Source of the DNA: Azolla caroliniana
Taxonomy: Eukaryota; Plantae; Polypodiophyta
DNA: 12,753 bases
Assembly: GCA_043228905.1 (NCBI GenBank)
Contig: JBHGNT010001036.1
Location: 1-12,753, forward strand
Direction of reading: 5' to 3'
Within the stretch, counting starts at the first letter, position 1. Every line of letters starts with the position of its first letter. Positions 1 through 8,600 of this stretch are shown piece by piece. Under the pieces are notes generated by a model. The model was not told the origin of the DNA and ran no database searches. It saw only the letters and a program-made list of their open reading frames with translations. A program made the position numbers and the translations under genes.

Positions 1-207
1 AGAGTTCTAGACTCGTCACTTCTAGTTCCAAGTTTGTAGCCCTCTACTCATAGCCCCATCATATGTGCTCCGTCGTAGACCATGGTTGGTGTGTCCGCAA
101 TAGTTTGAATCCCTTAAAACGGACCAAGGAGGTTACAAGTATAATTTTATATTGTGACCTAAAGTAAATCCATTAGAATATCGTGGAGAATATTGTAAAG
201 ACCTCTA

Positions 208-246
208 GAACCTTCTAGTTCTAGAACTTTCCAAAAACTTCTAGAA
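208..246. promoter_or_regulatory. Heat-shock-element array (perfect 3-unit plus two 2-unit sites) in LTR U3
   Basis: TTCtaGAActTTC at 219-231, GAAccTTC at 208-215, TTCtaGAA at 239-246. Confidence 0.55.
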
Positions 247-305
247 CTTGGAATACATAATATAATAACAATCTACTAAGATATACTTAACATGACTATG
301 TATTT

Positions 306-368
306 TGATGTGTTGGTTAGAATATAAAAGTTGACTATAATACAAGAGCTCAAGAGTTCGAATCTTGA
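306..368 (+). other. Degenerate tRNA-derived A/B-box cassette inside LTR
   Basis: A-box-like TGATGTGTTGG (306-316) followed by TTAG, and B-box-like AGTTCGAATCT (355-365) within a CAAGA..TCTTG stem; 38-nt spacing. Confidence 0.42.
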
Positions 369-485
369 CATGATTGTTGTCATGTCCATGACATCTTCGA
401 GGGTGTGGTGATGTCTATGTCAGACTCAACTCTTGCCCAATACATTGTAACAAACCCATCATTACGAAAGATATGATGCTATTCC

Positions 486-644
486 AATGAAGCTAAGCAT
501 GTTAACTTCACGAATGCAACTGAGCAAATCAATGACAATCTTCATAGAACCTTTACGATAACATCAAATGAAGTTAAGCATGTTAACTTCACGAATGCAA
601 CTGATCGAATCAATGACAATATTCATGGAACCTTTACGACATCA
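486..644. repeat. ~80-bp tandem duplication at the end of RNase H
   Basis: AATGAAG(C/T)TAAGCATGTTAACTTCACGAATGCAACTGA... starts at 486 and 567. Confidence 0.9.
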
Positions 645-1840
645 TATGGAAAAAACAAAGTCTTTGATTAGATTTGGCCATTGTGCCTTACAACCCTTAA
701 CAGCTTTTTGGTCACAAAAATATTTCAAGGGTTTAGGCCTAACCAAAGGATAATTTCCATAAAGATAATGGCGCCATGATTTTAACTCATGGATAACTAC
801 GAATAATTCATTTTCTTGAATTGTATACCAACATTGAGTAGGATCAAGTTTCTTAGACTTAAATGCTATTGGTTTACCATACGAATATAGAACACTTATA
901 TAACATAAACACTTGGATTAGTTTCAACCTGAAAAGGTTTTGAAGGATCTATTAAAAGAAGTAAGGAGCCTTGCACACCAAGTCCATGAGTTCCTTAAAG
1001 GTGATGTCTAATGTAGCATTGTCAAACTTCTCGAATATTCTAAAGAGTGAGCCAAAGTTTGACTTTCTCAATGCAGGAATGATCAATTTCGACTCCTCAT
1101 TCAGATATGAGGTGTTCAAGATATGTAATTGATTTCTTGAAGAACTCATATTTCAAGATCTTCACGTAGTATTGTTTTTTGTGCAATGTTTGTAAAACAA
1201 AGTGGACACTTTACCATGTCTTTCTAATCTACCACTATAAATTAAAATATCATCCAAGAAAATAATGACAAATTTTCAAAGTTGTTCATGGAATATGTCA
1301 GTCATTTATAATTGAAATGTATTGGAGCATTGGTCAAACCAAAAGGTATGACCAAAAATTCATAATGGCCATAGCACGTTCGAAATGTTGTTTTAGGAGC
1401 ATTCTCTTCACTTATAAGAATTTGATGGTAGCCCGTACAAAGATCAAGTTTTGAAAAATATCGAGTTCAATGGGGACAATCAATCAAATCGTCTGCCTGG
1501 GGCTATGGATATGAATTCTTGATCATCACTTTATTCAAATGTTGGTACTTAATACACATACACCATGTGCCCTCTTTTGTTTTTACCAAGAGACTTAGTG
1601 CACCCCATCACGATTTACTATAACGCATGTAACCTATTCGTAAATTCCCTGTGTTGCTTAGAGATTTTATCCTCTTAAATTGGATCAACTCAATCAATAC
1701 AGAGGTATACTTATTGGTGCAACCCTAGGTACCAGATCTATACGATGGTCTATAATACGTTTAGGAGGTAACCCATGTTATAGTTCATTTGAGTTGCTTA
1801 GAGATTTCATCATCTTTGGATCGACTCAATCGATATGGTG
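486..1840 (-). mobile_element. Decayed Ty3/gypsy pol (reverse transcriptase + RNase H) with many stops and frameshifts
   Basis: Minus-strand translation gives [67 protein letters not shown] (FLDD at 1260-1249), then RNase H DPSKPFQVET..KPIAFKSKKL..ELFVVIHELKSWRHYLYG. These motifs are characteristic of Ty3/gypsy. Confidence 0.93.
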
Positions 1841-2043
1841 TCATAGTGTGCTTCATACACTGTGTGAAATGCATATGGAGTACCCAATTGAATAAGTATG
1901 AAGAAAAAGAAGAAAATATTAAAATGTGTTACATGCACAAGGCAAGATTCAACCCTTATACCTCCATGTTAACAATCCCAAGCCTTACCATTGTGTTAAC
2001 CTTATGGATTTAACATATACCTTATACATATATTCTAGGAAAG

Positions 2044-2208
2044 TTACTCATGCACAACTAGTGTACATGAATATTATAGAAATAGCATGACACTTGCCAT
2101 ATGGAGAGCGATACTTAGCCTCAATTACTCATGCACAACTAGTGTGCATGAATACTAAAGTAAGAAAAGGCATGATGCTTGCCACGGGGGTAAGTTATAC
2201 TTAGCATC
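2044..2208. repeat. Two ~81-bp tandem units, each starting with a hairpin
   Basis: TTACTCATGCACAACTAGTGT(A/G)CATGAATA at 2044 and 2125, each followed by GCATGA..CTTGCCA..ATACTTAGC. Confidence 0.85.
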
Positions 2209-2269
2209 TCCCATCACTATATAAGATGGGGAGCAAATGTAATTGGCGTTATGAACACATAAACATCAT

Positions 2270-2337
2270 GGCTTCGCTTGGATTTGAACCCAAGACCTTG
2301 CAATACATAATCAAGAACCCAACCGTTAAGATAGCCT
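2270..2337 (-). other. tRNA-derived Pol III promoter-like cassette inside LTR
   Basis: B box GGTTCAAATCC (2290-2280) matches consensus; degenerate A box TATCTTAACGG (2333-2323); 32-nt spacing is tRNA-like. No convincing full cloverleaf, so not called a tRNA. Confidence 0.55.
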
Positions 2338-2384
2338 AATAAAATTTCAAGCTACTTTTTATAATATATTGATTAATATAAAAA

Positions 2385-2424
2385 TTCTGGAACATTCTAG
2401 AATAACCTAGAACATTGAATATTC
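2385..2424. promoter_or_regulatory. Heat-shock-element array (perfect 4-unit nTTCnnGAAnnTTCnnGAAn) in LTR U3
   Basis: TTC 2385, GAA 2390, TTC 2395, GAA 2400, a further in-phase GAA at 2410, and a GAA-ta-TTC at 2417-2424. Sequence match only; function not shown. Confidence 0.6.
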
Positions 2425-2453
2425 TAGGTCTAATGTTAGGAATATGTCTCTCT

Positions 2454-3210
2454 TGTGGGAATAGAGACTGATCGGGCTGAGAGTTGACAGTCGAAGATGA
2501 GTAGCCGACACTCGAAGAGAAGGAGTAGTCGATTGGTCGGGTTGAGAGCCGATAGTCGAAGACATGGAAAGTCGATTGAGAGAGTCGACTAGAAGAGTCG
2601 ATAGCAGAGGAAAGGTGATCCAAGTTAAGGACAAGATCGACTAGTTGGGTCAACCAAATGGTCAAAGGCAAGGCCAACTAGACAGTCGACATAAGAGTCA
2701 ACTAATTAATGATTAATGATTATTATTATTAGAGAATAATAATAATAACAACCATATTTGCAAATAGCCCATACTATATATAAGTATAAATATACCTAGG
2801 GCAAACATTATGGTGGGATTGAGAGACTTGTGTACAGAAAGAAGAACAAACATAACGAAGTGTTGCATAGGTAGTAAAGTTGTAATAGAGTGTGAGAGAG
2901 GTAGAGACGCAAGAGAGTGCTAGAGTGTGAGTATGAGCGACGTCATAGCTATGACGCGAGGAGCCCTATGTGGTTGATACACTCTATTCCTAGAGTTTTG
3001 TAATCTCACTACCTTGTATTCTCTGTTATATATAGTGGATCTTTGTTCCCGTGGTTTTCCCCTTTTGGGATTTTCACTTAAACCTATGTCTTGTGTGCTT
3101 TGTGTATTCTCTGTCTATTTTGTTTGTTTTTGTGTATCATATTGTTCTCTGCCCTCGGCTTATATATTTCAGCATGTTTGTGTTGACGTCCGAAGGTCTG
3201 TTTCTCTACA
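2454..3210 (+). mobile_element. Solo LTR, probably Ty1/copia type (~757 bp)
   Basis: TGTGGGAATAGAGAC...GTCTGTTTCTCTACA imperfect inverted termini; GTCGA-rich U3; TATA-like CTATATATAAGTATAAATA at ~2775; GTGGTTTTCCCC..GGGATTTTCAC at 3051-3077 resembles the U5 motif of Tnt1/Tork-like copia LTRs (from recall). Flanks TCTCT/TCTAG match only 3/5 as a TSD. Confidence 0.7.
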
Positions 3211-3746
3211 TCTAGAACATTTTAGAACATTATAGAAATCTCCACGCTATTCTATAGGAACCTATAAATATAGACATAGAAATCTTCTTAAACCCATTCG
3301 AATCAACACCAATCTTAAGCTCTCATTGTCAATCTTGTTTCCATTCTCTTTCTATGTTAATACACTCATTCTTCTCTTATCATTTTGTTCCTTTCTTCTT
3401 GTATTCTCTTTATATCCTTCTTCCATCACTCTATCGTTTACTCTTGGTTCTTACAATTGGGGGTTGAGTTTTGGGGATTTATTAGGATTCTAAGGGTTGA
3501 TTAATATTGTACATTGTACTCGTGGGATTGACGAGTTTTCTATCTCTCTCTTCGAATCTATTCTTAAATTTAATCTGTCTTGAATTCCTCCTCCTAGTCC
3601 AAAACCTCGGCGGTTTCCGCCCGAATCAGGCAATGATCTAGTGCCGAACAACACAACGAATGTATACTTATTAGTGAAACCCTAAGTAAAATATCTATAT
3701 GATGGTCTATATTACGTTTATGATAGAAAAACATCACTGAAAATCA

Positions 3747-3812
3747 TTTAAGATTTCATCAAGTAGTTGTTCTTTAAGCTTTCATCTATTAGTTGTTGTT
3801 TAAGATTTCATC
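3747..3812. repeat. 26-bp minisatellite, ~2.5 copies
   Basis: TTTAAG(A/C)TTTCATC..TAGTTGTT units start at 3747, 3773 and 3799. Confidence 0.85.
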
Positions 3813-4170
3813 ACTTGGAAAAGGAATTTCATCATGAAAATCCTTTTTTTTCATTTTCCACCTTTAGACTCGTCACATCACGACAATGTATCGAACCACA
3901 TCTTACTACCCCATGAACCTTGGCTCTCATAGAGGCTTAAAACTACTTCAAACTCGCTCACACAAGTTAAGTGTTGAGGTAACATCAAGGCAACGTCACC
4001 AAAAGCATGAAGATATGCAAAGTATGGAGTGAAAACCAATTGGAGGATGAATACCACTTACTACTTGCATGCACAACAATAATGGCTTCTTAGGGGGGCA
4101 TGATATTTTTAATGTAATATTAAAATCTCCAACAATAAGGTTATGTTGCAGGCATATGTGTTTGTCTCAT

Positions 4171-4962
4171 GGTTGTTTACGTACCCGTATTTAACGTTTA
4201 AATACGTATAGTACCTCATCATTTGTATAGTATGTATTATACCTCAATATTGTTCAGTCAAATATCATGTATATTTGTCTAATACGGTATTTAATGTATT
4301 TATAAAAAAACAGGTATAATACATATTTATAAAGAAAATGTAAGTAAAACCCCAACAAAGAGCTAAAGAAAAATAAAATATTTTAGTGAAAAAGAAGCCA
4401 AAGGAAGGAAGGAAGAAGAATAGAAGAGACGACGATAAAGAAGATGAAGAAGAAGAAGAGAGAAAAGAAGACATAAACCTGCCCAAACTCTCAGTGTGAT
4501 AATCGTAGAAGATAGAAGAAGAAGAAGAAAACGAAGAAAAGAGAAACCTATCATGAGTGTGATAATCATAGACAATTCCTCAATCTATGAAGGCATAATT
4601 GTAAATAATTACAATTTGAAGTAGAACATCGTGATACACACTTACACTAATTTATAGAATAAGGGAATGCTGACATCCATATTACTACAAGTATTTTAGG
4701 ATGTGAAATGTTCAAATGTCTTATATGCATTTTAGGATGTAGAACTATATTGTACATCACAAAATTGTGTAAACATAGATGTTTTTTACAATATTATAGA
4801 TATGTTTTAGAAAGATAAATAATTTTCAAACTCCAAAAGTATTTGACGTACTAAACGTAAAATACGTATTTTATAAGTATTTAACGTATGTTTAAAATGG
4901 GAGGTACTATACGCATATTAATACATTATATACGTATGGTATCCATACTGTACCTAACAACC
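4171..4962. mobile_element. Non-autonomous DNA transposon / MITE-like element (possibly PIF/Harbinger-type)
   Basis: Terminal inverted repeats GGTTGTTTACGTAC (4171) and GTACCTAACAACC (ends 4962). Subterminal inverted match TACGTATAGTACCTC (4203-4217) vs GAGGTACTATACGCA (4901-4915), 14/15. TAA follows the right end but the left flank is CAT, so the TSD is not confirmed. Interior is non-coding and GAA-rich. Confidence 0.6.
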
Positions 4963-5614
4963 TAAGCTTTGTGTATTTTTTAATTTCATATTCAAAGTTT
5001 TTACTACAAAATAGTAGCGTGACCCCATCTTTAAGGAGTCATATCCAAGATGATATACTAATTTGGTCCCATATGCCAAAATCGACCTCCATGTAGGCAA
5101 TAAACAATCTATTATGTTTTGTTCTACTTCCGCCACCACCTCTTAAATAAATAATGTTTTTATTTGCCTTTATTGTCGTACCATTGCATAGTTCTTAGAA
5201 ATCCTACTTAGAGACTATGTAAAGAAGACAAAATGGATTATCTTTAACTGTATTTCATTATATCTTAAAGTTATATCAATGTCACCTAAGACTAGTGTGT
5301 CAAACGACTGCTACTTGCAATGATGTGGGCTATACATATCAACATTTTACAAATACTCCATAGGAAAAGATGTTAAGCTATCAAATATTACAATAGGTTA
5401 GTATAGTTGTGGAACAGAAACGTTCAACATAAATGATCAAGAATCTTTACAGAAACAATAAATACTTAAGGAAAATTTTGAAATAAAGTAGATCTTCAAG
5501 GACATTCCAAAGTTTGTCTAACTCTTATCTTTAAGGAAATATTCAATTTGGTAAGTTCAGAGGTTGGATATTCGTACAACATTGGAGGGTTGAAGAAAAC
5601 ATCCTACTTTCAAG

Positions 5615-8600
5615 TTATGCATGTTGACTATAAATAGTGTTATTGGAAATAAGATAAGTTGGCATCGTAGGATTATCAAGAACATACGAAAGATTTACAA
5701 GCATTTCAAATACGGCTAGCATAGAAGGCCTCTGAGATGGAGAAGATTGACAACACAACAACGAAACACGTATAAACTTCTTTATTTCCTCTTCTACCAA
5801 ATCTTGTTGCATTGCTACATCCAAAATCTGTAACTCTCTTCCCTCTTGATGTAGTCTCCATGCCTTACCAAGAAAACACAAAGAAATTTTAGATTGTTAT
5901 ATTTCGATAAATAAAATAGTAGTTGCATTAACTATATCTAAATTGAACTACCTACAAACTAGAATTTTCATCAAGAAATTTGTCAAAATCTTTGTCGCTT
6001 GTGTTCCATGAGTTGTGAATTTCATATTTTAACTCTAATATAAAGCTTCCAAGGAAATTATACAAGGCTCACCCAATGTAGGAGGTATTGTTGATCATGC
6101 GGGAAAGATTCTTCAAAAACTCTTCTCCCACTAATGACTTCCAACATTAGCAACCCAAAACTGAACACATCCGACTTCACCGAAACTTGACCATTTATTG
6201 CATACTCTGGAGCAATATATCCCCTATAAAGTACCCAATAAATTAGAGTCTATATTAGAGGCTGCTTATCTATAAATGCAAGAAGATCAATTTCATAATT
6301 ATGTTGATTAACTTACAAAGTTCCAGCTATTCTTGTGCTCATATGTGTTCTATCAGAGGCGAATAACTTTGCCAAGCCAAAATCGGCAATTTTTGGTTCA
6401 AGATCATCACCCAAAAGTATATTAGCTGCCTTGATATCCCGATGTATGATACATAGATGTGAGTCATGGTGCAAGTACGTGAGGCCCCTAGCAACACCTA
6501 CCAAGATTTCCCTCCTCTTATTCCATTTTAACACATCTCTATCGATCATGGATCCTATGTCACCAAATTTGTTATATCAATACATTGATCATGTAAAAAT
6601 CTATCATACCTTCAAACACAATATATTGTGTACATTGATAAACATAAACCATTTACGTACATATGAGCCCTCTCACAATAATAATAAATAAACAAATATA
6701 ATGCATACATTAATATATCACTATCAAAATGTAGCCAATGACACAATGAAAAGGCATCCCAAGAATATAGACATGCATTGAGATCAACATTTACATATTG
6801 AGGCAATAAAATTTTACTCATAGTGACATACACGGAAGCAAAGTTCATCACGCAAAGGATCACATGGTTATAGATGTCGATATCATAAGAAATGTGAAAC
6901 CAAGCAATAAGGAATGAAAACAAGATAGCCAAAGAAAGTAAAAACAAAAACGGAAATAAAATCATATTGTATTTCAATAAGATAATGTAGAAATAATCAA
7001 CAATAAAGATAGCATCACCGAACAAATGCTTGTCAAGACTTTGATTCAAAACATATTCATACACGAGGAACATTGAATCATCCTCTCCTTCAACACAGCA
7101 ACCAATAATTCTGACAAGGTTTCGATGTTGTAAACTCCGTATGAGCTTCACTTCATTCAAGAATTGTTCCTTGACATGATTATTCAATTTCATAAGTTTC
7201 TTTATGGCAACTTTAACTCCATTGTCAAGGATACCCTATAACCAACAACAAATGCAAAAATGTGAAAATATATATCCAAGAGAAAACCTTCTCAGCAAAT
7301 CAAAATTCGAGAAGTGTTTTTTGTATGAAAGCTTTGCAAAGAAATAGAAATGGGTTTACCCGATATACAATGCCGAATCCTCCTTGTCCAATTTTGTTTT
7401 CTAGTTTGAAGTTGTCAGTTGCTTTTGCTAATTGTAGTAGAGAGAAGTTTTGTACCGCATCATGTTGCAAATCGACATAGTTCTTTGCATCCTCTTCAAC
7501 AACAACTCCATTGCTTGTTTTGAACTCTAAAGTATATATACACATATGTTAGTATAGATATGGAGATCGTTATTGGTTAGCATGCAAATAGCTTGATGCC
7601 ATGTGAAACAACTTTTCCAAAGTACCTAATGGATTGGAGATGGGTTTCTTATGTGTCCAAATACGACGTGAAAACCAACCAAGGAGAGAACCCAACACGA
7701 AGAGCACGATACCAATCACCACCATGAATAGAACATTAAAGCCCTTGCCTGGATAATGTTTTTTACCACCCCATATTATCAATTGATTATCCTCTACAAG
7801 GAAAAGGTTAAGGAAACCTAGTAGTGTAGTTTGAAAAGGTTAAGGAAACCCACCACTCAGAGTTGAGAACAGTCGAAAAAAAGGAGTACATGTTAAAGAA
7901 TAATTATGCTAAGAAACCATGTAAAATTATTAGTTAGAAAGTTAAGTGTTTTTTTCTAGAAAAAGTTAGAAGCTAGTCAGGAGAAGAGTAAGCACCTTTA
8001 GTGGGCAGAGTAGCAATGGGTGAAGATGATGATGATAATGGAGTGGGTGAGGAAGAGGGAGGGGGCGGACCAAGGGAGGTGAGGATGGAAGGGGTGTTAT
8101 TGGTACTGAAGAATATATTGTTCTCGTAGCGAACATAGCAACTGCCAAAATACGAGCGAGCACCAGCGTTTTCACCGTTTAAAGTGATATAAGTTTCAAG
8201 ATCAGCAATGGCAAGGCTAATACAATAGGTACAATCAGAAGGAGGGACGTAGCCATGGCATTGAGCTAGGGCATAACTTAAATCTTCTGGCGTGCTCGCA
8301 TCTCCTACAACATCCGCCGCCCAGTACGTCCCAAGCTTTCGCTTGTTTTCGATCACTTGTTTAGTTACATTGGCCACAGCTATGTCTCGATTTTGATAGT
8401 ATGTTTGGCTTTCATTATGTGTTGCACGGTATGATATTAGATGGTGATAGTATCCTCCTTCTAAACTTTGATTGCTATACATCACCCCACATCCTTGCAG
8501 CTCCACCTGCACAATATATATAATCCAAAATAACAACCAATTGTTTAATCCACCTCTAGGATTGCTTTGAAATCCCAAACAATGCAGTCATTGTTTATTT

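Larger units (their letters stand above)
140..444 (-). mobile_element. Partial LTR (probable 3' LTR of the gypsy remnant)
   Basis: Starts TGTATTGGGC at 444 on minus, just downstream of RNase H. Shares its start, module order and a 15/16 motif (TCTCCACGATATTCTA 189-174 vs TCTCCACGCTATTCTA 3239-3254) with the LTR starting at 2238. Left boundary is uncertain. Confidence 0.55.
2238..3653 (+). mobile_element. Gypsy-like LTR (2238-2453 + 3211-3653) split by a nested solo LTR
   Basis: Purine tract AAGATGGGGAG (2223-2233) precedes TGTAATTGGC. The element ends GCCGAACAACA (imperfect inverted termini, TG..CA). TATA-like CTATAAATA at 3261. The 10-bp-phased GAA/TTC array occurs on both sides of the insert. 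Confidence 0.6.

Noticed and set aside
8-19. 12-bp match TAGACTCGTCAC also at 3865-3876
   Set aside because: Does not extend; matches of this length are expected by chance in 12.7 kb.
1-137. Possible further LTR terminus (GGTTACA at 137)
   Set aside because: Only a terminal motif is visible; the other end is outside the window, so it cannot be supported.
1836-1847. PBS-like TGGTGTCATAGT (vs tRNA-Met TGGTATCAGAGC)
   Set aside because: Three mismatches, no LTR end upstream, and it overlaps the duplicated RT segment.
568-2013. Short ORFs 568-753, 952-1149, 1680-1895, 1789-2013
   Set aside because: Antisense or mostly off-frame to the decayed gypsy pol; no independent protein features.
2270-2337. 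Functional tRNA gene
   Set aside because: B box is good but I could not fold acceptor and anticodon stems; kept only as a tRNA-derived cassette.
2336-3235. ORFs 2336-2677, 2407-2634, 3014-3235
   Set aside because: Lie within LTR sequence; low-complexity products of GTCGA and GT-rich repeats.
2044-3812. CRISPR-like arrays (palindromic repeat at 2044/2125; 26-bp repeats at 3747)
   Set aside because: Only 2-3 units, the spacers are themselves homologous, context is eukaryotic and there are no cas genes.
4265-4575. Hydrophobic/Ser-rich minus-strand ORFs
   Set aside because: Translation artefacts of the GAA-rich tract.
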